Source: the human T2T-CHM13v2.0 reference genome, Homo sapiens. From it: DNA of 64,000 nt. The notes below the pieces were generated by a model, which saw only the letters and a list, made by a program, of their open reading frames with translations, was not told the DNA's origin and ran no database searches. This document shows positions 40,472 through 57,808 of the stretch, piece after piece. Every line of letters starts with the position of its first letter. Position 1 is the first letter of the stretch. Both the position numbers and the translations under genes were made by a program. Location of the stretch: assembly GCF_009914755.1 (NCBI RefSeq), contig NC_060932.1; one strand, written 5' to 3'.

Positions 40472-43400
40472 ATTATTGACCTTTTACATCTGGCTACTTT
40501 CATTTATCACAATGTTTTTGAGGTTCATCCCATTGCAGCATACATTAGTACTTCATTCTCTTTATGTCTGAATAATATTCCATTGTGTGCTTATGTTATA
40601 TTTTGCTTTTCATTCATCAGCTGATAGATATTTGAGTTGTTTCTACCTTTTGGATATTGTGAATAATGCAGCTATGAACATTCATGTACAGTTATTTGTT
40701 TCAATACTTACTTTCTGTTCTTTTGGGTATATACCTGGGATCAGAACTGCTGAGTCAGATAATAATACTACGTTTAACCATGTAAGGAACTGCCACACTG
40801 TTTTCCACAGTGGCTGCACCATTTTTCATTCCCAAGAGCAATAGACAAGAGTTCCAATTTCTCTGCCTCCTCAGAGACACTTGTAATTGACTTGTGGATT
40901 ACAGCCATCCCGGTGAGTGTAGTTTGCATTGTAGGTTTCATTTGCATTTTTCTAGTGACTAATGATGTTGACCATCTTGTCCTGCTGTGCTTATTGGCCA
41001 CTTGTGTATCATCTTTGGAGAAATGTACATCCAAGTCTTTTGTTCATTTTTAAATTGGGTTGTCTTTTTACTGTTAAATTCTCTCTCTAGTTATTGAATA
41101 TAGACCCTTATCAGATTATGATTTGCAAATATTTTATCCCATTATATAAGCTGTCTTTTCACTTTTATGGTAGCACAAAAGTTTTTAATTTTGATAAAGT
41201 TCAACTTATCTGCTTATTCTCTAGTTGCTAGGGTTTAAAAGTCACACCTAAGAAATCACTGCCTAATCCAAGGTCATGAAGACTTACACCTATGTTTTCT
41301 CTTAAAACTTTGATAATTATAGCTCTTACATTTAAGTCGTTGATCCATTTTGACTTCAAGTTTTGTATATATAGTGGATGTATACCTATCAACTACAGAA
41401 AACAACTTTCGTTCTCTGCACATGAATATCCAGTCATCCCAGAACCGTTCTTAAAAAGATGATTCTTTCCCCCATATGATGATCTGGTACCCTTGTTAAA
41501 AATCAAATGACCATAAATGTATAGGTTTATTTCCGAACTCTGCTTTCCATCCATTGATCTATATTTTTATAGCAGTAGCAAAGTCTTAACTACTGTAATT
41601 TTATAATAAGTTTTGAAATTGAGAGTATGAGTCCTCCAATTTTGTTCTGTTAAGATTGTTCTGGCTATTTTGGGCCCTTGCATTTCCACGTGAGTTTTAG
41701 AATCAGCTTGTCCATATCTACAAGAAAGTCATCTTGGATTTTAATAGGGATTGTACTGAAACTATAGATCGACTGACTGAGTACTGTCATTTGAAGAATA
41801 TTAATGAACATGGGATGTCTTTCCATTTATTTAGGCCTTCTTTAATTCCTTTCAAAGTTGTGTTGTAGTTTTCAGCATAAAATTCTTGCACTTTTTTATT
41901 ACATTCATTTCTATGTTTCTAAACCTTTTTTATATTACTATGAAAATTGTTTTCTTAATTTCATTTTCAGATTGTTTATTGCTCGTGTATAGAAATACAA
42001 TTAACCTTTGTATATTGATCTTGTACCTCACAACTTTACTGAATTTGTTCTTAGCTCTAATAGTTTTGTGGATTCCTTGTAATTTTCTATATAGAAGATT
42101 ATATCATCTGTGAATAGCATTTACTTTTTCCTTTCCAATCTGGATGACTGTTATTTCTTTTTCTTATCCAACTGTCCTGGCTAGAACACCCAGTACAATA
42201 TTGAATAGTGAAAGCAGACACCTTTGTCTTGTTCTTGATCTTATGGGGAGAACATTCAGTATTTCACCATTAAGTATGATGTTTTTCATAGATGGTTTTT
42301 TGTATGTGTCCTTTATTAGGTTAAAGAAGTTCTCTTCTAGTCCTAGTTTGAGGATTTTTATCATAAAAGGATGTTGGATTTTTAACAAATGCTTTTCCTA
42401 TGCATATTGAGATGGTCATGTGATTTTTGTCCTTGAGTCTATTAATATGGCATATTTCATTGATTTTCGTATATTGAGCCAAACTTGCATTCCTGAAAAA
42501 AAAATCACACTTGGTAATTGCATATAATTCTTTTTTTTTATGTTGTTGGATTCAGTTTGCTAGTGTTTTGTTGAGGGTTTTGCATTTATATTCATAGGGA
42601 TACTGATCTATAGTTTTCTTTCCTTGTTCTGTCTTTGTCTGGTTAGGTTATCAGGGTAATGCTGGCTTCAAAGAGTAAGTTGGAAAGTGTTCTCTCCTCT
42701 TCCAATTTTTTTGGAAGAGTTTTTGACACACTAGTGTTAATTCTTTAAACACTTGGTAGAAATCAGCAGCGAAGCCTGGGCTTTCCTCTGTGGAAAGTTC
42801 TTTTTTCTTTTTTTTTTTAATTAAATCAATCCATTTGCTTGTTATAAGTCTAGTTAGATTTTGTATTCCTCTGTTCCCTCTCCATTCCTGTGCTGTTATT
42901 GTATTAATATTACATCTTTGTGCACTGTGTGCCCATCAACACAGATTTATAATTTTTTTCTATGAAGCTGTCTTTTAAATCAGCACAAAAAAAAGAGTCA
43001 CAAACAAAAATACATTTATACTATCGTTTATATTTGCCTATGTAGTTACTTCACTGGCAATCTTTACGTCTTCATGTGGATTTGTCTAGTGTCCTTTCAT
43101 GTCCGCCCCAAGGACTCCTCTTAGTATTTCATACAGGGCATGTTTATTAGTGATGAAGTCTCTTTATTTGTTTATCTGGGAATGTCCTAATTTTGCCTTC
43201 ATTTGTAAGGAATGGTTTTGCTGATAACAGAATTATTAGTTGAAATCTTTTTCTCACTTTGAAAATGTTATCCCACTTTCTGGCCTCCATTGTTTCTGAT
43301 GAGAATTCAGCTATTAATCTTATCAAGGATCCATTGTACTGGATGAGTTGCTTCTCTTTCTCTGTCTTTGGATTTCAAAAATGTGATTATAAGTTTAATG

Positions 43401-44693
43401 TGGATTTCTATGAATTTATTCTATTTGGAGTTAAGATTATTAGATATGTAGATTAATGTTTTCCATCAAATTTGAGAAATTTTTAGCCATTATTTCTTCA
43501 AATATTTTTAGGTGCCCTTCTCTATCCCCTTCTTGACTCCCATTATTCATATGTTTGTATGCTTGATGGTATCCCATGAATCTCAGGTTTGTTCATTTTC
43601 TTCATTCTTTTTTCTGTTTTTTTCTGAGACTGAGTCATTGCAGTTGGCTTATCTTGAAGTTTGCCAATTATTTCTTCTGCTTCTTCAAACCTGCTGTTAA
43701 GCCTCCTCTGCCTTATTAATTTTTCGTTTTTGTTATTGTAGTTTTCAACACTACAATTTCTATTTGGTTCTTTTAAATAGTTTCTACTTCCTTGTTGATA
43801 TTCTGTATTTAGTATAGCATGTTTTTCATATACTTCAGTTCTTTAAATGTGTTTTTACTTTTGTGAATATACTTAATACAACTGATTAAAAATTTTTGTC
43901 TATTAAGTCAAACATCTAAGCTTCTTTAAGGACAAGTTCTAATGACCGATTTTTTTTTTCTCGTGCATGAGCCTTAGTTTCTTCACATGCCTCATAATTT
44001 TTGCTAAAAATTGAACATTTAAAAAAATGTATTATGGTAAGCCTAGAAAGTAGAATCTCCTCCTTCTCCCAGGTTTTTTGTTGTTTGTTTAGTGACTTTT
44101 CTGAACTAATTCTATAAAGTCTCAATTCTTTATTGTGCGACCACTTAATGGTCAGCTAATGAGTGGACAACATTTTCCTTAAATGACTGGAACCAGTAAG
44201 TCTCTCTGATTTCGCTGAGGGATTCTGTTTGCATATTGGGATACACCTTCAGCACTCAGCCAGGCAATCAATGCCTTATTTATCCTTTACTTCTTGCTTC
44301 CACAGAGCCTGAAGGTCAGCCACAAGTGGGAGCTTAGGACATACATGGGTTTTAAGTAGGAGCATAGCCCTAGAGAGGTACATGGTCCTTAGGTTTTCAG
44401 GAATGTGCTGGAGCTTTTCAAAGGCCCTATGAATATCTAATCTCCCAGTATTTCCTTTTAAGCTTTTTGATTAGTCTATTGTTTGCCCCAACTCTTAACC
44501 ACTGCCTCGGGCAGCCACAAAGTTAAACACTTCCTATAATTGTTTTAGACAAATGCTCTCCCTGAAGAAAATACTTTCTGCATTGGAAGAGCTCTGAGTC
44601 AGGTCAAATAAAGACAACCTTGTGAGTGGTGTCTTCCGAGGAACCTCCGGACAGTTCAAATAGTGACAACTCTCTGGTTGTGATGTTTTAAAG

Positions 44694-44890
44694 CAAGCTT
44701 GTCCAATGCATGTGGCCCAGGACAGCTTTGAATGCAACCCAACACAACATCATAAACTTTCTTTAAACATTACGAGATTTTATTTTTAGCTCTTCAGGTA
44801 TCATTAGTATTAGTATATTTTATGTGTGGCCCAACACAATTCTTCTTATTTCAGTGTGGCCCAGAGAAGCCAAAAGATTGGACACACCTG
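44694..44890. mobile_element. MER30 (hAT-Charlie MITE)
   Basis: caagcttgtccaa..gtggcccagagaagccaaaagattggacacacctg; 8-bp flanks ttttaaag / ctttaaat. Confidence 0.8.
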
Positions 44891-45289
44891 CTTTAAATAT
44901 CTCCAACCCCATTTTGTTTCACCACTGGCTGCCAGGCTGTGGTGATCACTGTGCTTGTGGGCTGTTGAATTTCCAGCTTACCAGAGAGCTGGAGTCAGGG
45001 ATGGGAATAGAGCAAGTTAAACCTCCATAAAGCTCCCTTTCACACCAAAATTCATCCATGTTTCTTGGATAAATGCTCTCCAGATTGTTGCAAACTTTGG
45101 TTAATTTTTAGAGTTCTGAGAAAAGTGATTCTATTTTTTTCCAATTTTCTTACTGCTTTTGTAGAGAGGAGTGTTTGCAGAGGCCTTTACTCCATTTTCA
45201 CTGCTCTGACTCTTCTTCTTTTAAACAGTGCATTCTATTCCACTGCATGCACTAATATCATTTAATTGTTTTTCATAATATATTTTCCC

Positions 45290-45585
45290 CACATTTTTAT
45301 TTGGAGAAATTCTAAACCTTCAGAAAAGCTATAAGAATAGTATAATAAGTGCCCACATACCCTTGGCTAGATTCACTAAGTGTTAACATTTTACCACATT
45401 TGCTTTTTTTCTCTCTCTGAAGGATTTGAGAGTTAGTTTCAGACATCATGACAACTTCACCCTTGAAGACATGCATCTCCCAAGAAGCAAGATACTCTCC
45501 TGGTTCATTAGAAAAATATAATAATCATACTCAGGAAATTAACATTTTTACATCATAATTTATATAGCATATTCAAATCCCCAGT
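45290..45585 (-). mobile_element. L1MC4/5-like 3'-end fragment
   Basis: gaaattctaaaccttcagaaaag..gttaacattttaccacatttgc..ttgagagttagtttcagacatcatgac. Confidence 0.6.
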
Positions 45586-46206
45586 AAACAATTCAGAATG
45601 CAGGCACATCTCCACAAAGAGTTGGCACACAAAGCAGAATCACGCTTAGCAAAGCCTCTGGCAAATGCCAGGTGAGATGGTCAGAGGCCTGAGATACTGC
45701 CTTCATCTGCAAGGTGCTACTCCCTGTCCCTGTTTCCCAGGGTCCGAGACTAATTATCTGCTTGGGAGGGATCTACTGTGCAGCTTATTTCATTTTAGCA
45801 AATGAGATGGTTATCTAAAAATCCTTGTTTAAGAAAAAAAAAAAAGCAAATCAACAATGCTGCTCAAATTTCTGAAAATGGACAAACAAAAAGCCTGGAA
45901 CAAACCATTTCCCCCAGAAAATAATCTTCCTGGGGGTATCTGTCAAATCATTTGAAAGAGGTGTGAAATGCTGACACAAACATTGCAAGGTGGGTCCCTG
46001 ATAACGACAACAACCCTCTCCTAGCATCACATACACTCTGGCAGGGCAGTGTCTCATTTCTAGCATCTCAATCTCAGAGATGATTCCTCTGAAGGATGCT
46101 TTCATGTCCTTGCTCCTGGGCAAAGATGAACTTGTAATGTAGTAAATGTCAACTTACAATGTGGTCAATGCCAATTCATCTATCAGTTACATTAAAATAA
46201 CTTTTT

Positions 46207-46530
<324 letters not shown>

Positions 46531-46537
46531 CTAAAGC

Positions 46538-46724
46538 AGCATTTCTCACAGTATGGTCCATGAACCACCCACATCAGCAACACATGTGGAACTAGTTCAG
46601 TGATGGTTCCCAGGCTTCATCTCAGGCCCACTGATTCAGGATTTCTGGGCCTGGGTCCCAGGAGTCTGCATTTTTAAAAGCACCACAGGTTATTCCAAAG
46701 CATGTTAATAATGAAGAACCAGTG
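46538..46724. mobile_element. MER5A/B-like MITE
   Basis: cagcatttctcacagtatggtcc..gggtcccaggagtctgcatttttaaaagcacc..aagaaccagtg. Confidence 0.7.
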
Positions 46725-46809
46725 AGCTCATCTGAGATTAACTGAAGCTTGGAAAAATCTACAGAATAAGAATCAGATATTGAGAATCGATTTGTATTTC
46801 TGTCTATGT

Positions 46810-47059
46810 TAGTAGCTTTTAAACATTTTGACCATGATCCTTATAAAGGAATATATTACGCATCCTTATGCAGCACACACACACACACGCACACACATTG
46901 AAATTAAACTTTCATGAAAGAATATTTATCCTTACTACTTGTGCTTCACTCTGATATTTTCTATCCTATCCTACTTCACTTTTTAAAAATTGGACATAAG
47001 CCACAAAATCGATTTCACAACCCTCTAATAAATCACAAACTGGTGTTTGCAGAACACTG
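46810..47059 (-). mobile_element. hAT-Charlie MITE (MER112-like)
   Basis: tttaaacattttgaccatga..ccttactacttgtgcttcactctgatattttctatc..gatttcacaaccc..gtttgcagaacactg. Confidence 0.5.
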
Positions 47060-47619
47060 ATCTATAGCAATCAACTGAAATGTAAAGCTCAACTGACTAA
47101 GAATAAACTAGGGAGAGAGAGTGTGAAATATTGCATACTGGTCACTAAACAAGATTTTTAAAAAGATATTAAAGTACATGCATTTAGCTGGATTTAAAAC
47201 AGCTTAATCACAATACTGATTTCCAAATAACATAAATTTCATTTAGTGTGACTATAAATCTTACTACTTTCAACTAACAACTATGGGTTTTAGGAGCGAG
47301 CATATTAGAGTGAACAGGTGGTGGTATGCTAACACTGTGAGTCTAGACCTTAACAGGAGGCTCTGATTCTGGCTCTCCCATCTGGCAGGGATCACAGCCT
47401 GAGTAACGACCTCATTAAGCCTCAGTGTCTTTACATGTGAAGTAGAGCCCAAAACAGTGTCTATCTCATCAGGTAATGAATATTAAATACTATAATTTAT
47501 GCAAGTTACATTATTCAGAAATAAGATACCTCTGAACAAAAGCTTTATCACCTTAAAAATAATTTAAAAATGTTTAAATAAAGTTTCATGTATAAGCTCA
47601 TATATAGATTACTATGGGA

Positions 47620-47920
47620 GGCTGGGTGTAGAGGATCACACCCATAATCCCAGAACTTTGGGAGGATGAGGCAAGAGGATTGCTCAAGGCCAGGGGTTTG
47701 AAACCAGCCTGGGAAACATAGGGAGACACTGGCTCTACAAAAACTATATATAAAAATTAGCCGGGCATGGTGGCACATGCTTGTAGTCCCAGCTACTAAG
47801 GAGGCTAAGTTGGGAAGACCATGTGAGCCCAGGAGTTGGAGGGTGCAGTGAGGTATGATCACACCACTGCACTCTAGTCTGGGCGACAGAGCAAGACCTT
47901 GTCTCAAAAATATACAAAAC
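47620..47920 (+). mobile_element. Alu (J-like)
   Basis: Diverged dimer; attactatg on both flanks. Confidence 0.9.
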
Positions 47921-47999
47921 ACATTACTATGTGCACAAATTTACTATATACCTGGCATTATTTTTCTCTTGATGAAGAAACCTTGAACATTTTCTCCGT

Positions 48000-48480
48000 A
48001 TGGTGTTGTGCTAAGTGCTGGAATTAAGGAGTCATGAGACACAGTACCACTTATTGAGCAGGTTATAATCTAGTTGCAGACTTAGGACAACAGGAAGAAA
48101 TGTAAATCATCAAATCGCGCACCAAGTGCCAGATTTAGAGGTGCAGAAAGTGAGTATAGTTGGAATTCAGAGAAAAGGACTGGAAGTCAGAAAGAGCTCC
48201 AGAGGTGGGAACTTAGGTGGGGAGTGATGGGGGTTGAGGTTTGAATTAACAAAAAGGAGGGTGGAAGGAACTCCCAAAAGAAGAGAATAATGGGAGTGCA
48301 GACAAAGATCAAATTCTGCTCCCAGTTTGGCTAGGGAGCAGTGAGTCGTAAAGACAGGATTAGAAGCAACAGCCCATCTGGGGACCAGGCTAAGGCAGTG
48401 AGGGAGGTAGGAAGATTGATCTGGAAGGTAGAGTGTGGTATGGTACTGTGAAGTCAACTCAGGCTGGCTGCAGAGGTCTG
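48000..48480 (-). mobile_element. L2 remnant
   Basis: gtgctaagtgctggaatt..atgagacacagtacc..ataatctagttg, then purine-rich reverse-L2 sequence. Confidence 0.5.
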
Positions 48481-49562
48481 GGCATTCCTAGGAGAGGTGG
48501 CCTGACCAGCAACACCATAAGAGAGGGCAGGACATGGCCCAAAGCATCAGTGACATCAACACTACAGATATCACTGGTTAACAGAATGAGGAGATCAACA
48601 CCAAAAAATTATTTATTTTATTCCCTATGCAACTAGTCAACCAGGTATAGGTATAGGTATATACATATACAACTAATACATATACCAGGTATAGGTATAT
48701 ACATACACAATTTAAGAAGTTCGGGTTAATTTTGCCAAAGTTTACATAGCGTTACTTTAAACACCAACCAACCTGGTCTCTAGCATGAAGTGAATTGGGT
48801 AGATTGATGACTAGATGTTTGCCAAAGTTTGAGGCAAACCATCTCTACCACTCAAATGATTTTACTTTTCTTAATCAGATTCTATGCATTCTTTCCTCAG
48901 CAAGCTACCTTCTGGTTGAGAATTCACCTTGCCAGGTAATTTGATATGGAGAAGAATGTATTGATAAAGGTATAGCCTTAAGCATTCCAGTCACTACAAG
49001 GGGTCTAAACTGTCCTTCTACTTATCCATGGGACTCATTTAAATGTGGTTACGTGTAACCGTCAGCAAATGCCTGGTCATTCTTTGATGTGCTGGAAATC
49101 TGCCATACCCATAGGAAGGAGGCTGTGAAGCCCAGCTGTACTTCAGAGTCACCTGGGGAGCTGCTTAAAATCTCTTGGCCGGGGCGGGGGTCGGGGGGCA
49201 GCCAGCTGGCTGCACTTAAGGGAGCAGCCCCCAGGTGGACTACCACCTTCTGATACAATTGTTCTCAATTGTGGCTTCACTTTAGAATCATCCGGGAAAC
49301 TTTAAAGAACCCCTATCTAGGAATTGACATTGACAGAGACGTTAAAACCTACCCACTGGGCAGAGGACATGAATTTATATCATTCATGTTCTTCGTTTCT
49401 AAGCAGAGGTGAGAACATTTGTAATGTACTGGAGTCGAGGAATTTCTATGTCACCTGCATTTAGGATATTCGATTATTTTATTCTATTTGATCTTAGACA
49501 CAGGCCATAGCTTTAAGTTGTTGCTGGTTTTAAACTCTTAAGCACTCATTATTGCTTTAGAG

Positions 49563-49786
49563 CAGGGATGGGCACAATTTGTCTGTAAAGAGCCAGACAG
49601 TAAACAGTTTAGGCTTTGTGAGTCACACAGTCTTTGTGGTGACTACTCAGCTGCACAGCTGTAGACAAAGGCAGCCACAAATAATATGTAAACAAACGGG
49701 CATGCCTGCATTCCAGTAAAACTTTATTTACAAAGACAGGTGCAAGACAAAATTTGGCCAGTGGGCTGTAGTTTGCTGATCTCCTG
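49563..49786 (+). mobile_element. MER58A (hAT-Charlie MITE)
   Basis: cagggatgggcacaa..tgtaaagagccagacagtaaa..ttccagtaaaactttatttacaaa..gtagtttgctgatctcctg; flanks ctttagag / cttaagaa. Confidence 0.85.
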
Positions 49787-50823
49787 CTTAAGAATGCTTG
49801 AATAATTATAACTAGCATTCAGATCTTGGGCCCATTAATACAAAACTAGTAACAAAGCATAAAAATAAAAAGTACACTCAGTCTTAGAATCTTACCCTTC
49901 GACTATCATCCTATTACCATTTACCAGAAACTCAAAACAGAGGACACTGTTTATATCTAAATGATATGGATCTACTCAGACTATGTCTGCCCCTGAGTAC
50001 CACTGGCCATACTCAAACCTTCACTTGCACAGAAACCACCCACCTGATTACTCAAATTGCCCCCCTGCAAACCTCCAGGGCAAACTACAGGCCAGCGTGC
50101 AGCGCCATTCTGGCTTACATACTGGTAGAAGATGCCATGGGGATTACTTATTCATTTATTTTTATAGGGAAAAAAATCCATCTATGCTGCTTTTGAATAC
50201 ATTTATTCCCCATGCAATTGATCAACTAGGTATAAATGTACAACTGGAGGTCTCAAGTTTTTGGTTAAATAATTTGTACTCAACTGAGTAAGTTTGATCA
50301 AGGATCCTGCCTTGGCCACCACGTCTGGTTTCCCCTGAATGTCTTAAAATACTTAACGAATGAAAGCCCAAAGGGTGAGACTGTTTGCTAAGTGGATGAG
50401 ATCTGAGCATAGACTTCACTCTTAGGCTCTGAAGCTGTGGCTGAGACGGAGCTCACTGCCCAGCTGTGCTCTCCCTAATTCCTACTCTGCAACATAAAGA
50501 AGTCCCCACATCTATAGTGCTAAAAATGATGACACCCAGTTATATGGAAGCTCAAAGGAGCTCACACTCCCCTCACCCCTGCTGTGCGCAGTTTATCTCC
50601 AATGTCAAAGTCATCACCCATGCACATTGAAAACCAGTGTCAGACAGGGTAGTCTCCTGCGGAAGAGGAGTGCAGACTTTTCCCTGAACACAGCCAGCAA
50701 TCAATCCATCCCAGTTCACCCACAGTGTAAAGGAAAATAAAATTAAGCAGAAGTTTCAGCCTTGGATGTGTGCTTCTGAGCTCAGTTACCAGGATTCCTT
50801 ATGACAGCTCCGTATTGTACTCA

Positions 50824-51090
<267 letters not shown>

Positions 51091-51260
51091 CTATCTGTAT
51101 TTGTATTCATCTTATCGGGACAACAAGGAAATTTAAACATGCAGTAAATCAAAACTCTGATGCAAGGCACCTCAGGTCCAATCTGCCACAGTCCTAGCCC
51201 ACCGGGCCTAGACAGTGTCATGGAATTGGGTCCTTGGGGTCCCTGGTTCTTACCCCATAA

Positions 51261-53719
<2,459 letters not shown>

Positions 53720-54214
53720 AAAAAGACTATGAAGTACGAAAGATGAGAAAGCTAAAGTCCAGAGAGGATGAGACTAGAATCCTTGCCCATGACTCTCTTT
53801 TCTTATGTGGGCCAAACACAGAGTCTTAAAGACTGAATGAGCAAAGGTCAACAGTCATTCTCCTGTTTAGGACTCTAGAGTGCCTTGGAAGCACCCAATG
53901 TTATGACTATCTGAGGAAATGGCAAGGCAGAACAGTCACTGAAGTTCACCCTTCCCAAGCAGATATCATCACCTTCACCATGTCCCCATTTCTCCTCTCC
54001 GTGACTCTAACGATCCCAGGCACCGAGCACCTCATGCTCCAGCTTTCTGACAAAACCACCATTCGGCTGCACCCTCCTGGGGCCAGACCTCTAGCTCTGG
54101 CCTGGTCCTGACCTGCTTTCCCACATCAGCTATTTGTGTTTTGCCCATGTCCTGTCCTCTCAAGAGAAAGCAGTGGCTAACCTGGGAAGGTCCTCTGCTG
54201 ACGGTTTAGTTCAT

Positions 54215-54370
54215 TTATGTATATGTGTATGTATGTAAACGCAGGTGTGTATGTGTAAATGTGAATATATGTGCATGTAAATGTATGTATGTGTAGATAT
54301 GTAAATATATGCAAGTGCGTAAATCACTGTTTATGTACACATATATGCATATATTATGTACACATGTGTA
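54215..54370. repeat. (TA/TG)-rich low-complexity tract
   Basis: Degenerate TATG/TGTA repeats. Confidence 0.75.
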
Positions 54371-54388
54371 CAGTTTCCCCTCAGTATC

Positions 54389-54741
54389 TGTATTAGTCTA
54401 TTCTCATGCTGCTAATAAAGACATACCCAAGACTGGGTCATTTATAAAGGAAAGAGGTTTAATGGACTCACAGTTCCACATGGATGGGGAGGTCTCACAA
54501 TCATGGCAGAAGGCAAAGGAGGATCAAAGGCACATCTTACATGGTGGCAGGCAAGAGAGCTTGTGCAGGGGGATTCCCATTTATAAAACCATCAGATCTT
54601 GTGAGACTTATTCACTACCACAAGAACAGTATGAGAGAAACTGCACTCGTGATTCAATGATCTCCACCTGGCCCTGCCCTTGACACATGGAGATTACAAT
54701 TCAAGCTGAGATGTGGGTGGGGATATAGCTAAACCATATTA
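54389..54741 (-). mobile_element. THE1 (THE1C/D-like) solo LTR, sense to CSGALNACT1
   Basis: tgtattagtc..ctaataaagacatacccaagactggg..gtggggatatagctaaaccatatta; TSD gtatc / ctatc. Confidence 0.92.
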
Positions 54742-54811
54742 CTATCCATGAGGGACTGATTCCAGAAACCCCCTGGGGATACCAAAATCCAGATGTTCAT
54801 GGCCCTTATAT

Positions 54812-55159
54812 CAGCAGCCCCCAAATTTTGCAGCATCAGGGACCAGTTTCATGGAAGACAATTTTTCCACACTGGGGGTGGGGGTGGAGGTGGGCTTATG
54901 GTTTCAGCATGAAACTGTTCCATCTCAGATCATCAAGCATTAGAGTCTCATAAGGAACACACAACCTAGATCCCTTACATCTGCGGTTCACAATAAGGTT
55001 CACCCTCCTATAAGAATCTAATGCTACAGCTGATCTGACAAGAGGTGGCACTCAGGTGGTAATGCTCACTTACCAGCTACTCACCTCCTGCTGTGTGGCC
55101 TAGTTCCTAACAGGCCACAGACCAGTAATGGTGTGTGGACCAGGAGTTGGGGCCCCCTG
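54812..55159 (+). mobile_element. MER1B (hAT-Charlie)
   Basis: cagcagcccccaa..ggaagacaatttttccac..gaatctaatgc..agttggggccccctg; flanks ccttatat / tcttataa. Confidence 0.85.
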
Positions 55160-56724
55160 TCTTATAACATGGTGTGATATTGGGATATAACCTACATACA
55201 TCCTCTTGTAGACTTTAAATCATTTCCAGATTACTTTTAACACCCAACGCAATGTAAATGCTATGTAAAGTGTTTTTGTTCTGTATCGTCTAGGGAATAA
55301 TGACAAGGAAAAAAAAGTTTGTGCATATTCAGTACAGACGCAGCCATTCCTGTTTTGTTTTTTGGAATATTTCCAGTCCTTGATTGCTTGAATCGGAGGG
55401 TGTGGTACCCTTGGATACAGTGGGCCAACTGCATACGTGTATGTGTGTAATTTTAACCTGAGTTTCTGGAAACAAGTTAATGGAAAGGTTCTACTGGTAG
55501 GATATTTTGTGATATTGATATTTTACATGTGCTTCCATTTGGTTTCTTTTATCTCAGTGTTGGCTACTTACCCTAACCCCCAAGCAATAATCCACATCAT
55601 AATTTCTAAAGATCCTTGAGCTCTAAATGCAGAGGCCAGTTTGTTCAATGCTTTTAATGATGACACCTAAAAGAAATGACCGCCTTCCTGGGGTTGCTGG
55701 GATAAATCCACAGCAATAGAAGACACGGTTCTTGCCCTCATAACACTTACTTAGGAAATCAAATGAGCTCAATTAAAACCATCAGACATCTCATGGCACT
55801 GATATAAAGAACAGGGAATTGAGAAGGTACAGCAAATGCTGTGGGGTGGAATGGCTGGGGTCAGTGAAGGAGGGATAAAGTTTAGAAAGGCAGAGGTAAG
55901 AAAGAAGAGAATTCCAGATGGAAGAAATAGGGAAGATGATACTGACCCAGGCAAGACGCATGCAGGGCTCACTCTGGTCACAGGTTTGATTCTGAGAATT
56001 CTGTCTCTTTCTGGTGGAAGAAAGAGCACCTCAGGAACCCAGAGCAATGGCAGAGATTTAAAAGCAGACAAAGGACAGGGAATAGAGGCCTAGGATGTAA
56101 CGATATGTTTTGAAACCAGGAGCTCCCACTTAGCCACAGTCCCTGCAGACTGAATCATCACCAATCAACAATGAAATCCTCTGTACATAAAAGATCCCTT
56201 TTGCAAACTTCCCAGACAATGCCTTAACTTCCTCTGCCACGGTAGAATACAAGCACACACACAGGGCCAAGTGCCAGAAAAATTGCTTGAAATTTGTGCA
56301 TGCAGTGGGAAAAATCCATCCTAGAATCAGGAGAGGGTCACCTGCTAAGTGTGAAGAAAAAGCATTCTCATTTTTCTAATAACATCTTTGCTGTCTCCCT
56401 CTCTGGTATTTTTAAATCCATTCAAAGAACTTCCTGTTTTTAAGCAATAAGACAGATGCTGTGACTAGGTGAGGCGTCTTAAAAAAGGCAAAGTAGAATT
56501 TGTTGTGAGGTCTACCTCCAAGGTTCCGTTGCATTCATTCGTGTACTCTTCTCTTTCATTCATTCAACAAACACTTGGTGACAACATATCATGGACCAGA
56601 TACTCTACCAGTGGATCTTAAGAAATGAGTAAGACATGTCTGCCCTTGAGTTCTCCATGTACTGTGCAAAACTGAAACTATCTGTAATATAACTAACAAG
56701 TACTTTACAAGAATATGAGTCTCA

Positions 56725-57197
<473 letters not shown>

Positions 57198-57492
57198 ATG
57201 CATGAGAAAGGAGGAAAATGGTATTCGTTACGTATTCAAACTCCGGGCTTTGCACGGTTATTCATACCTGGACACATGGTACCTGGGTCCCTTGGGCTGA
57301 CTTACTTGCCTCTGATAGCACTTCTCTATAAACACCTTGGTAAAATTGTCTACGAAGCCTTTGCCATGAATCTCAGGAAACTCCAACTTCCTAAGATCCC
57401 TCCAGGGAGCTCATCATTTTCCCATAGTCTCCGTGCACGAGCTCCCCATTCCCACTGGGTCATTCTTCTGCCTGAACCTGGAAGCCTGAAAA

Positions 57493-57808
57493 TTCATTCA
57501 TTCATTCATTCATTCATTCACTCATTCAGTTACTGAGAGAGAGTCTCGCTCTCTCACCCAGGCAACGGTGCCATCTTGGCTCACCAAAGCATCAACCTCC
57601 CAGGTTCAAGTGATCCTCCCACCCTAACTTCCCGAGCAGCTGGGACCACAGGTGTGTGCCATCATGCCCAGCTAATTTTTGTATTTTCAGTGGAGACAGG
57701 GTTTCACCATGTTGGCCAGGCTGGTCTCGAACTCCTGACCTCGGGTGAGCCACTCGCCTTGGCCTCCCAAAGTGCTGGGATTAAAGGTGTGAGCCGCCAT
57801 GTCCGGCC
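57493..57808 (-). mobile_element. Alu with (TTCA)n-converted tail
   Basis: (TTCA)7 then reverse dimer; TSD tgaaaattc / tgaatattc. Confidence 0.9.

Larger units (their letters stand above)
39895..45240 (-). mobile_element. Old L1 block: L1MB-type 3'UTR/ORF2 remnant (~39895-42870) then further L1M-type sequence, interrupted by an Alu and MER30
   Basis: T-rich reverse L1 3' end (tttattgagttaaaattcacacaacataaaa..cccctggcaactc..). ORF2-like peptides on - (KIQHPFMIKILKLGLEENFFNLIKDTYKKP; MDVHFSKDDTQVANKH). Internal boundaries uncertain. Confidence 0.8.
54371..55431 (+). mobile_element. MER2 (Tigger-type MITE) split in three by THE1 and MER1B insertions
   Basis: TA|cagtttcccctcagtatc [LTR] catgagggactgattccagaaacccc..ataccaaaatcc..cttata [MER1B] ..ataacctacatacatcctc..ggaataatgacaagg..ggatacagtgggccaactg. 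Confidence 0.85.
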
